Source: an uncultured Solirubrobacteraceae bacterium (GTDB taxonomy: Bacteria; Actinomycetota; Thermoleophilia; Solirubrobacterales; Solirubrobacteraceae). From it: a stretch of 64,000 nt of DNA. Under the pieces are notes generated by a model. The model searched no databases and was not told the DNA's origin. It saw nothing but the letters and a program-made list of their open reading frames with translations. How positions within the stretch are numbered: position 1 is the stretch's first letter; the number at the start of each line of letters is the position of its first letter. The position numbers and the translations under genes were made by a program. The DNA lies in the NCBI GenBank assembly GCA_963744165.1, contig CAVUSM010000001.1, forward strand, positions 2,274 to 66,273, written 5' to 3'. Of this stretch, positions 33,896-44,231 are shown in pieces.

Positions 33896-35119
33896 GGCGA
33901 TCTCAATGCGTCAACGCAACGCGGCGTCGAGTGTAGCGGCTGGTGTGTGAAAGCCGAGTGTCTCTCGGGGGCGTGTGTTGAGCTTTGTTGCGATGTCGTC
34001 GAGCTGCGGTTGTGTGAACTGTGAGAAGTCGGTGCCTTTTGGCAGGTATTGCCGGAGCAGGCCGTTGGTGTTCTCGTTGGAGCCGCGCTGCCATGGGCTT
34101 TGAGGGTCACAGAAGTAGACCTTCAGGTCGGTGGCGATCGTGAACTGGGCGTGTGTGGCCAACTCGGTGCCGCGGTCCCATGTCAGCGAGCGGCGTAGCT
34201 GATCTGGCAGCGCGCCCATCTGGCGTGTCAGAGCGCCGACGACCGACCGGGTGTCCTTGCCCTCGACACCGACGAGCAGGACGTAGCGGGAGTGGCGCTC
34301 CACGAGCGTGGCGATGTGCGTGTTCGCCGCGCCTGCGAGCAGGTCGCCCTCCCAGTGTCCCGGAATCGCTCGGTCGGCGACCTCGGCCGGGCGCTCACGG
34401 ATCGACGGCGCATCGAGGATGAACGCAGCGCGTTGGTTGCGGGCTTTGGCGCCGCGTGGCCGGCGCACTGCTCCGGCCCGGCGCAGGTGCGTGAGGAGCT
34501 CGCGCTTGAGCGCTCCTCGGGCCTGAATAAACAGGCTCAGGTAGATCGTCTCGTGCGACACCCTCCTAGTGTGATCCTCCCCGAACTCGAGCTTCAGCCA
34601 GCCGGCGATCTGCTCAGGGGACCAGTCTTCGCTCAGCTTCTCCGCGACGCGCTCGCGCAGCGCCGCGTTGCTCGCGAGCTTGCAGGTCTGCGGGCGCCTG
34701 GCGTTGCGCCATGCACGGCCGTCCGCGTCAGCGGCTCGATAACGCCCTCTGCCGCCGTGGCGGTTGATCTCCCTCGCCACGGTCGCTGGCGAGCGACCCA
34801 GTCGTGCTGCGATCGCTCTCGCCGACTCGCTGGCCGCGATCCCGCGTGAGATCTCCTCGCGCTCGGCGAGCGTCAACGCCAGCCGGCTGCGCTGCCGCGG
34901 TCGCGGCGCGACTCCGCCACGCTCAGTGAGCGTGCAGAAGATCGTGCCGGGAGCGCGATCCAACGCTCGGCCGATATCGCTGATCGTCTCACCACGCCGC
35001 CAGCGCTCCCACAGCTCGTTTCGCTCCGCCGCCGAATACACCCTTCGCTCTCTCGGCATCCACGCTCCTCTAGCTCGCGATCAAATCGTGCAGCGTCGCA
35101 TTGACGAGTTGAGCGCACA
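33896..35119 (-). mobile_element. IS30-family insertion sequence
   Basis: Imperfect IRs (CTCAATGCGTCAACGCAACGC vs rc CTCAACTCGTCAATGCGACGC); 2-bp AG duplication at 33894-33895 and 35120-35121. Confidence 0.88.
33911..35059 (-). CDS. IS30-family transposase
   Basis: WSPEQIAGWL, SHETIY, GHWEGD, SLTWDRGTE, PWQRGSNENTNGLLRQYLPK. Confidence 0.95.
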   Translation of the reverse strand: MPRERRVYSAAERNELWERWRRGETISDIGRALDRAPGTIFCTLTERGGVAPRPRQRSRLALTLAEREEISRGIAASESARAIAARLGRSPATVAREINRHGGRGRYRAADADGRAWRNARRPQTCKLASNAALRERVAEKLSEDWSPEQIAGWLKLEFGEDHTRRVSHETIYLSLFIQARGALKRELLTHLRRAGAVRRPRGAKARNQRAAFILDAPSIRERPAEVADRAIPGHWEGDLLAGAANTHIATLVERHSRYVLLVGVEGKDTRSVVGALTRQMGALPDQLRRSLTWDRGTELATHAQFTIATDLKVYFCDPQSPWQRGSNENTNGLLRQYLPKGTDFSQFTQPQLDDIATKLNTRPRETLGFHTPAATLDAALR

Positions 35120-35160
35120 AGCGTGTTTTTCGCCGGCGAGCTCGACCCACACCGTCCGAA

Positions 35161-36052
35161 GTGAGCGCGTATATCGACGAGCATCGCGAGCGTTTCGGGG
35201 TCGAGCCGATCTGCAGCATCTTGGGCGTGTCGGCGTCCGCTTACTACGAGCGCGCCTCAGGCCGCCGATCGCCTCGTCGGATCGAGGATGAGCGGCTGCT
35301 CGCCCGGATCTCAGAGTTGCACGCAGCGAACTATTCGGCCTACGGTTACCGGCGCACCTGGAAGGCGCTGCTCCGGGCCGGCGAGGACGTCGGCCGCGAC
35401 CGCGTCAAGCGCTTGATGCGAGCGAGCGGCATCCAGGGCGCCAAGCGCCGCGGAAAGCCGTGGCGCACGACGAAGGCCGATCCGACGGCGCAGCGCCCGG
35501 CCGACCTCGTCCAGCGCGAATTCGCCGCTGAGCGCCCCGATCAGGTGTGGTTCGCGGACTTCACATATCTGCGTTGCTGGGAGGGCCTGGTGTTCTTCGC
35601 GTTCGTGATCGACGCCTATAGCCGCCGCATCGTCGGCTGGCAGTTCGCGGCGCACATGCGCACCACGCTGGTCCTCGACGCGCTGCGGATGGCGCTTCAC
35701 CAACGCTCGCCAGGGGCCGACGTCGCGCTTAATTCAACACACCGACGCCGGGAGTCAATACACCTCCTACGACTACACACAGACGCTCGAGGATCACGGC
35801 GTCCTCGCCTCAATCGGAACCGTCGGCGACGCATACGACAACGCCGTCGCCGAGAGCTTCGTCGACAGCTTCAAGACCGAGCTCATCGCCGAGCGCACCT
35901 GGGCCACACGCTCGCGGCTCGAGCTCGCCGTCGTCGAGTACGTCGCCTGGTTCAACAACGAGCGCCTGCACGAAATGCTCGACGACCGGCCACCCCGAGA
36001 GATCGAGGACCTCTACGCTGCCAAACAACAGGCAACACTCCCCATCAAATGA
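35161..36052 (+). CDS. IS3 OrfB transposase (frameshift near 35735)
   Basis: FGVEPIC, YGYRR, WFADFTY, IDAYSRRIVGW, then DAGSQYTS, DNAVAESF and FNNERLH in the next frame. Confidence 0.88.
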
Positions 36053-36340
36053 AGATAGGGAACCTACAAACCCCGTCTCCGTGGAACCCAGCCCGGCTCA
36101 TGGTCCCTCAGCCTCGATCGATGGGGGCTCGACGGTGGGCGCGCTTAGGCCCGCCCGCCCGCACTCGGCAGCTCATACCCAGGTCGGCGCGCCGTATTGG
36201 AGCAGGCTCGCGCAAATGTTCGCCGGTGAGTCATGCACTCACGCCGCGACGTCGCGTTTCCATGCGTCGTGAATGCAAACACTTGTCCTGGCGCTTGTCC
36301 CGGGTCGAATCGGGAGCATCCGTAGCGACGACGCGCACAC

Positions 36341-36370
36341 AAAAAAACCCTCCGTTTGGAGGGCTTTCTT
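36341..36370. terminator. Intrinsic terminator downstream of tRNA-fMet
   Basis: A7-CCCTCC-GTTT-GGAGGG-CTTTCTT; gives a U-tract on the minus strand. Confidence 0.85.
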
Positions 36371-36375
36371 GTGAG

Positions 36376-36449
<74 letters not shown>

Positions 36450-36629
36450 TCGCTCCACATGTTCTAGCAAAGATCGACGGTCCGAACGCGGCGCTGCAAC
36501 GGACGATCCGCTGCGCGACGGCGCGGCGCCGCCCGCCAGCGATCGTCCGCGCGACCGCGCCGCCGGCGCCGCTCGCGACCGGCGCGCTCGCCCAATGCCT
36601 GCCCGCCCCGACCATCTACCATCGCCCCG

Positions 36630-37610
36630 GTGCGCGTCGCGGTAGTCGACATCGGAACGAACTCGACGCGCCTGCTGGTCGCCGACGTCGACGCTGCCAC
36701 AGGCTCGCTGCAGGGGCTGGCGCGCCGCTCGCAAGTCACGCGCCTCGGCGCCGGCGTCGACTCGTCAGGCACGCTGTCGGACGCGGCGATGGCGCGCGTC
36801 TTCGCGACGCTCGACGTCTACCGCATGGAGATCGACGAGTACGGCTGCGAGAAGAACCTCGCCGTGCTCACATCAGCGGTGCGCGACGCGGCGAACGGCG
36901 AGCAGTTCGCGACGCGCGTGCGCGAGGAGTACAACCTCGACGCGCGCGTGCTGCGCGGCGAGGAAGAGGCGCAGCTGACGTTCCTCGGCGCGATGTCGTC
37001 GCGCGCGGCAATGTCGTCGCGCGCGGGAGACGATGACAGCGCGGATGACGCCGTGCGCGACGCCGCGAGCGAGCCGACGGTCGTGATCGACGTCGGCGGC
37101 GGCTCGACGGAGTTCGTCGTCGGCCGCGGCCGCGAAGCGGGCTTCCACGTCTCGCTGCAGGCGGGCGTCGTGCGCATGAGCGAGCGCCACATCGACTCGG
37201 ACCCGCCGGAGCCGGAGCAGTTGCAAGCGCTCGCCGCCGACGTGCGCGAGACGTTCGGCGACGGTCTGCCGCAGAGCGAGCGCGACGCTGTCAAGCGCGG
37301 CATCGCAGTCGCCGGCACGGCGACGTCGGCGGCGGCGATCGACCAGGAGCTCGATCCGTACGACTCGGCGTGCGTCGACGGCTACGCGCTGACGCTCGGC
37401 ACGATCGAACTGCTGCTCGCGCGCCTCGCCGACATGGACGAAGCACGGCGTCGCGACGTCGTCGGCCTGCAACCCGACCGCGCGCCGACGATCGTCGCTG
37501 GAATGATCGTGCTCGGTGAGGCGCTGCGCGCGTTCGGGCTCGACGAAGTCGAAGTCTCCGAGCACGACATCCTCCACGGCGGCGCGCTGCGCCTCGCCGG
37601 CGCTGGCTGA
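36630..37610 (+). CDS. ppx: Ppx/GppA phosphatase family protein
   Basis: VAVVDIGTNSTRLLV, TSAVRDAAN, EEEAQLTF, IDVGGGSTE, VAGTAT. Confidence 0.92.
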   Translation: MRVAVVDIGTNSTRLLVADVDAATGSLQGLARRSQVTRLGAGVDSSGTLSDAAMARVFATLDVYRMEIDEYGCEKNLAVLTSAVRDAANGEQFATRVREEYNLDARVLRGEEEAQLTFLGAMSSRAAMSSRAGDDDSADDAVRDAASEPTVVIDVGGGSTEFVVGRGREAGFHVSLQAGVVRMSERHIDSDPPEPEQLQALAADVRETFGDGLPQSERDAVKRGIAVAGTATSAAAIDQELDPYDSACVDGYALTLGTIELLLARLADMDEARRRDVVGLQPDRAPTIVAGMIVLGEALRAFGLDEVEVSEHDILHGGALRLAGAG

Positions 37611-37719
37611 GTCCAGCACGCCGCCAACGCCCGGCCGCCGCGTCCTTCGCCAACCGCCAGACGCCAACCGCGCCGGCGCCGGCTGAGCCACCGCCGCCCG
37701 GCCTCGCCGGGCGCTCCGG

Positions 37720-39372
37720 CTACGCCAAGTTCGACTTGCGCGGGTAGACGACGCTCGGGTCGGTCAGCACGTTGACGAGCGCAGGCTTGCCGGACGAGAA
37801 CGCGCGCTCGATCGCCGGCCGCACGTCGTGCGGCGTCCGAACGATCTCGCCGTAACCGCCAAGCGCCTCGACAACCTCGTCGTAGCGCGTTTCTGGGCGC
37901 AGCTCGGCGGCGACGGAGTAGCCGTAGAGGAACTCCATCGGGTGCTTCTCGAGCGCCCAGATGCCGTTGTTGCCCATCACGGCGACGATGTTCACGCCGT
38001 GACGCACGAGCGTGTCGAACTCCATCCCGGAGAAGCCGAACGCGCCGTCGCCGATCAGCAGCACGACGTGGCGCTCGGGATGCGCGAGCTTCGCGGCGAG
38101 CGCGTAGCCGGGCCCGGTGCCGAGGCAGCCAAACGGGCCGGGGTCGAGCCAGCAGCCGGGCTGGTAGCTGTCGATCACGCGACCGGCGTATGAGACGAAG
38201 TCGCCGCCATCGCCGATCACGATCGCGTCGCGATCGAGCATCGCGCCGAGCTCGGCATAGAGCCGCATCGGATGCAGCGGCGAGCGATCGTCGTCGCGCT
38301 CGGCTCGCTCGGCGTCGCGGCGCTCGGTCTCGATCTCGCGCAGCTGCGCGATCCAGGCCTCACTCGCCAGCGCTTTGCCGCCAGCGGCGACACGCAGATC
38401 GTCGAGCGATGCGGCGAGGTCGCCGTAGCACTCGGCGGCGACCGCGCGCGGGTGTGCGCGCTCGGGCTCGGCGGAGTCGAGCACGACGATCTCGGCGTCG
38501 TCGGCGAACGCCGCGCCGAACGCCAGGCGAAAGTCCATCGGCACGCCGATCACGAGCGCGACGTCAGCCGCCTTCAGCGCTTGCGAGCGCGCGCGCGAGA
38601 AGAACAGCTCGTGGTCGGCCGGCACGCAGCCGCGCGCGAGCCCGTTGAGGAAGACTGGGATTCGCAGCTGCTCGGCGAGCGCGAGCAGCGACTGCTCGCC
38701 GCGACCCCAGTAGAGGTCGGTGCCGGCCATGATCACCGGCCGCTCGGCCTCCGCGAGCAGCGCGCCGGCGCGCTCGACCGCGGCCGCCGACGCGCGCGCT
38801 GCGCTCGGCTGCGTCGGCGCGGGCTGCGACTCGCTCGCCTCCATGAAGACGTAGTCGAGCGGGAAGTCGACGAACGTCGGGCCGCCGTGCGGCGCGAGCG
38901 CAGATTGGAACGCGAGGTCGACGAGCGCCGGGATCTCCTCGGTCGCTCCGGCGGTCGTCGCGAGCTTGGTCAGCGGCCGCACGAACGGCACGTGATCGAT
39001 CTCCTGCAGCGAGCCTTGCCCCCAGCGCAGCGCCGGAGCGCGCCCGCCGAGCACGACGATCGGCGAGTGGTTCGCCTGCGCCGAGGCGATCGCGCTCATC
39101 CCGTTCGTCACGCCAGGCCCTGCGGTCAGCGCGCAGACGCCGGGCTCGCGCGTGACCTTCGCCCAGCCCTCGGCGGCGAACGCGGCCGTCGACTCGTGAC
39201 GCACGTCGACGATCTCGATCCCCTCCTCGCGGCAGCCGTCGTAGATCGAGAACAGGTGGCCGCCTGAGAGCGTGAACAGCTTGCTGACGCCGTGCGCCTT
39301 CAGGCGTCGCGCGATCAGCCGCCCACCGTGAAAGCTCGCCGCCTCCTCGACCACGCTCTGCTCACTCGCCAC
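37720..39372 (-). CDS. TPP-dependent enzyme (acetolactate synthase IlvG-like / 2-hydroxyacyl-CoA lyase-like)
   Basis: [38 protein letters not shown]...NNG TPP motif. Confidence 0.9.
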   Translation of the reverse strand: MASEQSVVEEAASFHGGRLIARRLKAHGVSKLFTLSGGHLFSIYDGCREEGIEIVDVRHESTAAFAAEGWAKVTREPGVCALTAGPGVTNGMSAIASAQANHSPIVVLGGRAPALRWGQGSLQEIDHVPFVRPLTKLATTAGATEEIPALVDLAFQSALAPHGGPTFVDFPLDYVFMEASESQPAPTQPSAARASAAAVERAGALLAEAERPVIMAGTDLYWGRGEQSLLALAEQLRIPVFLNGLARGCVPADHELFFSRARSQALKAADVALVIGVPMDFRLAFGAAFADDAEIVVLDSAEPERAHPRAVAAECYGDLAASLDDLRVAAGGKALASEAWIAQLREIETERRDAERAERDDDRSPLHPMRLYAELGAMLDRDAIVIGDGGDFVSYAGRVIDSYQPGCWLDPGPFGCLGTGPGYALAAKLAHPERHVVLLIGDGAFGFSGMEFDTLVRHGVNIVAVMGNNGIWALEKHPMEFLYGYSVAAELRPETRYDEVVEALGGYGEIVRTPHDVRPAIERAFSSGKPALVNVLTDPSVVYPRKSNLA

Positions 39373-39407
39373 GGCCGCGACTCTACCCGTTCGCGAAACT
39401 CGTCAGA

Positions 39408-39491
39408 TGCCCGGGGTGGGAGTCGAACCCACATTCGCCGTCAAGGCCATCGATTTTAAATCGAGCGCGTCTACCGTTCCGCCACCCGGGC
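39408..39491 (-). tRNA. tRNA-Leu (TAA)
   Basis: GCCCGGGTGGCGGAACGGTAGACGCG..TCGA-TTTAAAA-TCGA..long variable arm..GTGGGTTCGACTCCCACCCCGGGCA. Confidence 0.92.
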
Positions 39492-39639
39492 GTGTTTCCG
39501 ACCACTTGCAGTCTATGGATCGGATTCGCGCTGGTTTGGATCGCATTCGCGCTGGGCAGCGTTGCGCACGATCGCTCGCGAGACCGCAACTACCCTGGTG
39601 TTAGCGTGTATTTAGGTCTGGATGAGGTAATTGATCCGT

Positions 39640-41337
39640 ATGGAGGCGTCTGCGCTAACACACACGAATGCCGCCACGCCGGCGCTGCGCGGGCCGACTC
39701 CGCTGCTTCGCCTGCAGTCCGACGAGCGCCTGATCGCGCTGACCAGGCGCGGCCAGCACGCGGCGTTCGAGGCGCTGTGCGCGCGCTACCAGTCGCGCCT
39801 GCTGTCGTTCTGCCGCCACATGCTGTCCTCGCGCGAGGACGCCGAGGACGTGCTGCAAGAGGTCTTTACCGCGGCGTTCAACGCCGTGCTCGCCGACGAG
39901 CGCGAGATCAACGTGCGCCCGTGGCTCTATCGCATCGCGCGCAACCGCTCGCTCAACCACTTGCGCCGCGCGTCGGCGGTCGGCGTCGACTCGATGGACG
40001 TGCACTTCGCCGACCACGGCATGTCGACGGGCGACCGCGCGATCCGTCGCGAGAGCTTTCGCGAGCTGCTCGGCGACGTCCACGAGTTGCCGGAGACGCA
40101 GCGCACGGCGCTGCTGCTGCGCGAGATCGACGCGCTTTCGTACGAGCAGATCGCGCAAGCGATGGAGACGACCGTTCCGTCGGTCAAGTCGCTGCTCGTG
40201 CGCGCGCGCATCTCGCTCGCCGAGGCGGCTGAGGCGCGCAAGCTGAGCTGCGCCGAGGTGCGCTTCGAGCTCGGCGAAGTCGCCGAGGGGCTCGTCAAGC
40301 TGAGCGCGCCGGCGCGCCGCCACGTGCGCGGCTGCGACAGCTGCCGCTCGTTCAAGCGCCAGCTGAAGGAGAACAACACGGCGCTCGCCGCGATCATGCC
40401 GGTCGGCGCGCTGCTGATGTTCAAGAAGCTGCTGTTCGCCAAGCTCGGCTCGGCGTCGGCCGGCAGCGCTCACGTCGGCGCAGGCGCGACGGTCAGCGCG
40501 GGCGCGGCGGCCGCGGGCAGCGCCGGAGCGGGCGGCGGCATCTTCACGCTCGGCGCCGGCGCGCTCGCGACGAAGGCCGTCGCCGGGCTCGCGGCGGCCG
40601 CGATCGTCAGCGCCGGCGCTGTCGCCGCCGACCAGTCCGCGCACCACCGCCACCACCACGCGCACGCAGCTGTCGCTTCGACGACAGTCGCGCAGCCGGC
40701 CGGCGAACCGCTCGTCGTCGCCGAGCGCTCGCAGCCGAGCAGCTCCGTCCAGCCGTCGGCGCCGCTCGCAAGCGCGGCACGTCACAGCCACCGCCGCCGC
40801 CAGCCGAGCGCCGCCGCGGCGCTCGTGGCGAAGCCGGCGCCGGCGACGAAAGCGGCAGACGTCGCGCCGGTCGCGGCCAAAGCAGCGCCGGCGCCCGCGG
40901 CCGAACCGCCGGTCACGCAAGTGACGACCGAGTCGACGCAGCTGCCGACGTCGGCGACCGCTGAGGCGCCGCCGAGCGGCACGATGACGACTGGCACGAC
41001 GACCACGTCGACGCCGCCGCCGACGTCGAGCGCACCGACGACGACTTCGACGGCAACGCCGCCACCGGCGACGACGCCGGTCACGACGACTACGACGATC
41101 GAAACATCGACGACGCCTCCTCCTGCGACGACGACGCCCGAAACGACGCCGCCGTCGACAGCCGCGCAGACGACGAGCGACGAAGGCGCGGCAGCGGAGT
41201 CCGGAGGGACGGCGCCGCAGGCACAGACCGGCACGACAGAGGAAACGACCGCTTCGACGATCGCCGTGATCGCGTCGACGACGCACAAGAGCGGCGCGCA
41301 CCTGCTCGAGCACCGCGCGAGCGCGAAAGCACGCTAG
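39640..41337 (+). CDS. ECF sigma factor with fused HxxxCxxC motif, hydrophobic segment and Pro/Thr-rich tail
   Basis: DAEDVLQEVF, RPWLYRIARN, LPETQR..LSYEQIA..VKSLLVRAR; then HVRGCDSC. Confidence 0.9.
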   Translation: MEASALTHTNAATPALRGPTPLLRLQSDERLIALTRRGQHAAFEALCARYQSRLLSFCRHMLSSREDAEDVLQEVFTAAFNAVLADEREINVRPWLYRIARNRSLNHLRRASAVGVDSMDVHFADHGMSTGDRAIRRESFRELLGDVHELPETQRTALLLREIDALSYEQIAQAMETTVPSVKSLLVRARISLAEAAEARKLSCAEVRFELGEVAEGLVKLSAPARRHVRGCDSCRSFKRQLKENNTALAAIMPVGALLMFKKLLFAKLGSASAGSAHVGAGATVSAGAAAAGSAGAGGGIFTLGAGALATKAVAGLAAAAIVSAGAVAADQSAHHRHHHAHAAVASTTVAQPAGEPLVVAERSQPSSSVQPSAPLASAARHSHRRRQPSAAAALVAKPAPATKAADVAPVAAKAAPAPAAEPPVTQVTTESTQLPTSATAEAPPSGTMTTGTTTTSTPPPTSSAPTTTSTATPPPATTPVTTTTTIETSTTPPPATTTPETTPPSTAAQTTSDEGAAAESGGTAPQAQTGTTEETTASTIAVIASTTHKSGAHLLEHRASAKAR

Positions 41338-41364
41338 ACCAGCGCGGCGGCGCCCAACTCGCCG

Positions 41365-42027
41365 CTAGCCGAGCGTCAACGTCTTCAACGGCCGCAGCAA
41401 GACGCCTTCGGAGGCGACTTCCAGCGGCGATGTCACGTCGGCGTTGGCAGTCGGCGTCGTCAGCATCGTGATCGTCACGCCGTCGCGCGCGCCCGGCCGT
41501 TCGGGCAGCAGCAGCACGTTGCGCCCCCACATCGTCTGCCCGTCGACGCGCGCCGTGTAGCTCACCTGATACGCCGGAACGGCGTTCACGCGTGTCTTGC
41601 CGTCGCCGCTCAGCACGAATTCGTCGTAGCGCGAGCTCAACGCGCGGATGTAGCCGACGGCGTAGACCGGCAGCTCTCCTGTCAGCGCGCCGGAGTACGG
41701 CGGCAGCGTCAACGGGCCTACGGCGAACGAGTCCTCGAGCCGTCCGGCCGAGTCGTGGCGCTCGAGCCGGACGAAGCCGCCGGCTTCGGGCGCGACGCGG
41801 TCGAGCCCGCGGTAGGCAAAGCTGAACGGCACTTTGCCGCCGCGCGAGTAGTGCGCGTTCTCGAGCGTCAAGAACACGCCGATCGCGAGCACGATGACGC
41901 CGACGACGAGCGTCGAGACCAACGCGCGAACGACGCGCGAGGAGCGCCGCCACCACGGCGAGAGCAGCCGTCCGAGCGTCGGCCCGTAAGCCGGCTTGAT
42001 CGGCACTGACGGGAGTGAAGCGCGCAA
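41365..42027 (-). CDS. Hypothetical membrane-anchored protein
   Basis: 220 aa with a single N-terminal TM segment; operonic. Confidence 0.7.
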   Translation of the reverse strand: MRASLPSVPIKPAYGPTLGRLLSPWWRRSSRVVRALVSTLVVGVIVLAIGVFLTLENAHYSRGGKVPFSFAYRGLDRVAPEAGGFVRLERHDSAGRLEDSFAVGPLTLPPYSGALTGELPVYAVGYIRALSSRYDEFVLSGDGKTRVNAVPAYQVSYTARVDGQTMWGRNVLLLPERPGARDGVTITMLTTPTANADVTSPLEVASEGVLLRPLKTLTLG

Positions 42028-42303
42028 CTACTCGCCGATCGAGAACAGCGCTTCGAGGTCGTGGCGCGAGAACGCCGCGAATGCGACCATCGTCTGCGTG
42101 CGCAGCACTCCGGAGAGGCCGCCGATCTCAGTCGTGACGACGTCCGCCAACTGCTCGTGGTCGGGCACGCGCACGATCGCGACGAAGTCCCACTCGCCGG
42201 TCACCGAGTACGCCTCGGCGACTCCGTCGATGTCGGCGAGCGCGCCGCCGAGCGTCGACAGCGCGTCGCGCTCGGCCTCGATCAGCACTACGGCGTTGGT
42301 CAT
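42028..42303 (-). CDS. Lrp/AsnC ligand-binding domain protein
   Basis: AVVLIEAE..IDGVAEAYSVTGEWDFVAIVRV..GVLRTQT. Confidence 0.88.
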   Translation of the reverse strand: MTNAVVLIEAERDALSTLGGALADIDGVAEAYSVTGEWDFVAIVRVPDHEQLADVVTTEIGGLSGVLRTQTMVAFAAFSRHDLEALFSIGE

Positions 42304-42324
42304 CGTCATCGGTCAGCCATCATC

Positions 42325-43197
42325 TCACGCATCGGCCGGTCCGAGCGCTTGCAGCCCGAGCCCGACGAGCAGCCCGACGACGCCGCCGATCACGCCCGCG
42401 AGCCAGCTCGCCTCCGGCCGGACGAACACGCCACCGGCAGTGACCCAGCCGACGTCAGGCAGCGCGAATGGAATCGCGAGCATCAGCGCCGCGAGCGCGC
42501 CGGCGCCGAGCAGGTCGCCCTCGTAGTAATCGCCTGCGCGCGCCGCGCGAATGTCGGCGGCGGCCCACGCGGCGATCAGCGCGAGCGCGCCGGCTGCGCC
42601 GCCGGCGACGACCGGCAGCGAATAGAGCGCGAGCGCGACGAGCGCGCCGGCTGCGCCGCCGCCGAGAAACAGCGCGAGCACGACGAGCGCGCCGTAGCGG
42701 CGCTCGAGCAGCCAACCGAAGATCGCGACGACGAGCAGCGTGAAGAACGCGTACCAGCCGTTGAGATAGGCGAACTGGCTGCTGAGGAGCTTCCACCAGT
42801 CGCCGCGCAACGGGCCGAGCAGCAGCAGCTTGCCCGACGCGACATAACCGGCGCGCAACAGCACCCAGATGACGCAGCTTGCGACGACGAGCGCGATCGT
42901 CGCGTACGGACGCGCGGCGATCGTCGCGGCCAGCGCCGATCGAGTCGCACGGCCTCGCGCGGCGCGTTGCCGCGCTGGCGGCGACGCCGACGCTCGCGCG
43001 CCTTCGCGCGAGCCGCGCCCGCGCAGCAGTCCGCGGCGCGAGAGTCCGCGGCGCGAGCCGCTCGGCGAGCCCTCGCGCGGCAGCTTCGGCGCGCGGCGGC
43101 GCAGCCGCTGACCGCAGTACGGACACTCGGTGACGTACGGGCTCACCTCCGATCCGCAGTGCTTGCAAACTACGAACAGATCGGCACTCGGAGCCAT
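42325..43197 (-). CDS. Rhomboid-like membrane protein with N-terminal zinc ribbon
   Basis: CKHC..CPYC; PYATIALV, GDWWKLLS, FGWLLERRYG; multiple TMs. Confidence 0.8.
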   Translation of the reverse strand: MAPSADLFVVCKHCGSEVSPYVTECPYCGQRLRRRAPKLPREGSPSGSRRGLSRRGLLRGRGSREGARASASPPARQRAARGRATRSALAATIAARPYATIALVVASCVIWVLLRAGYVASGKLLLLGPLRGDWWKLLSSQFAYLNGWYAFFTLLVVAIFGWLLERRYGALVVLALFLGGGAAGALVALALYSLPVVAGGAAGALALIAAWAAADIRAARAGDYYEGDLLGAGALAALMLAIPFALPDVGWVTAGGVFVRPEASWLAGVIGGVVGLLVGLGLQALGPADA

Positions 43198-43301
43198 CGC
43201 GCTCCATTCTACGGGCGTCGCGAGCCGCGCCGAGGAGCTTCGGTCCGCAGCCGGCGCGCCTTCGCGTCCGCAGCCGGCGCGCCTTTGCGATACTCAGAGT
43301 C

Positions 43302-44231
43302 ATGACACTCGGCTATGACCAGAAGCTCTACATCCTTGCGTTCGACCACCGCGGCTCGTTCCAGAAGAAGTTCTTCGGCATCCAAGGCGAGCCCGACGCG
43401 GAGCAGACGGCGATCATCGCCGACGCGAAGCACCTGATCTTCGAGGGCATGCTGCAAGCGGCCGGCTCCGGCGCGGAACCGTCGGCGACCGGCGTGCTCG
43501 TCGACGAGCAGTTCGGCTCGACCGTGCCCGAGGAAGCGCACGAGCGCGGGCTGAAGCTCGCGATGCCCGCGGAGCGCTCCGGGCAGAACATGTTCGACTT
43601 CCAGTACGGCGACGACTTCGGCGAGCACATCCTCGAGTTCGACCCGGACTTCACGAAGGTGCTCGTCCGCTACAACCCGGATGGCCACGCCGAGGAAAAT
43701 CGCGAGCAGCTGACGAAGCTCAAGCGGCTCAGCGACTGGCTCAAGCAGAACGACCGCAAGTTCCTCTTCGAGCTGCTCGTGCCGGCCGAGAACGCGCAGC
43801 TCGAGTCGGTCGGCGGCGACGCCGAGCGCTACGACGCCGAGCTGCGCCCCGAGCTGATGCGTCGCGCGATCGCCGAGATCCAAGCGTTCGGCGTCGAGGT
43901 CGACATCTGGAAGATCGAGGGCGTCGACGAGCGCTCCGACTGCGAGATGCTCGTCGCTCAGGCGCGCGACGGCGGCCGCGACGGCGTCGTCTGCGTCGTG
44001 CTCGGCCGTGGCGCGAATGACGACAAGGTCGACCAGTGGCTGCAGGCCGCCGCGCCGGTCGACGGCTTCGTCGGCTTCGCGATCGGCCGCTCGATCTGGT
44101 GGGATCCGCTGAAGGCTTACGTCGACGGCAAGATCGAGCGCTCCGAGGGCGCGCGCAGGATCGCCGAGAACTACCTGCGCTTCGTCCAGGTCTACGAGCG
44201 CGCCGAGGGCAAGACGCCCGTAGCTTCCTGA
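43302..44231 (-). other. Antisense shadow ORFs opposite the DUF2090 gene (not coding)
   Basis: The long minus-strand ORF 43209-44489 mirrors the plus-strand gene and has no motifs. Confidence 0.3.
43302..44231 (+). CDS. DUF2090 aldolase-like protein (IolC C-terminal-like domain)
   Basis: LYILAFDHR, GVLVDEQFG, KVLVRYNPD, DIWKIEG, VLGRG, GFAIGRSIW. Confidence 0.88.
   Translation: MTLGYDQKLYILAFDHRGSFQKKFFGIQGEPDAEQTAIIADAKHLIFEGMLQAAGSGAEPSATGVLVDEQFGSTVPEEAHERGLKLAMPAERSGQNMFDFQYGDDFGEHILEFDPDFTKVLVRYNPDGHAEENREQLTKLKRLSDWLKQNDRKFLFELLVPAENAQLESVGGDAERYDAELRPELMRRAIAEIQAFGVEVDIWKIEGVDERSDCEMLVAQARDGGRDGVVCVVLGRGANDDKVDQWLQAAAPVDGFVGFAIGRSIWWDPLKAYVDGKIERSEGARRIAENYLRFVQVYERAEGKTPVAS

Larger units (their letters stand above)
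33636..35164 (+). pseudogene. IS3 OrfA split by IS30
   Basis: MPRVRKYPEELLERA..LRRANEILKSA | SVFFAGELDPHRPK* rejoins in frame on IS30 removal. Confidence 0.85.
33567..36100 (+). mobile_element. IS3-family element interrupted by IS30
   Basis: IRs TGAGCCAGGCTGGGTTTGACGGAG / CTCCGTGGAACCCAGCCCGGCTCA (TG..CA ends); contains orfA and orfB. Confidence 0.9.

Noticed and set aside
36989-37026. AMSSRA duplication in ppx
   Set aside because: A simple 18-bp in-frame duplication in a linker with no evident function.
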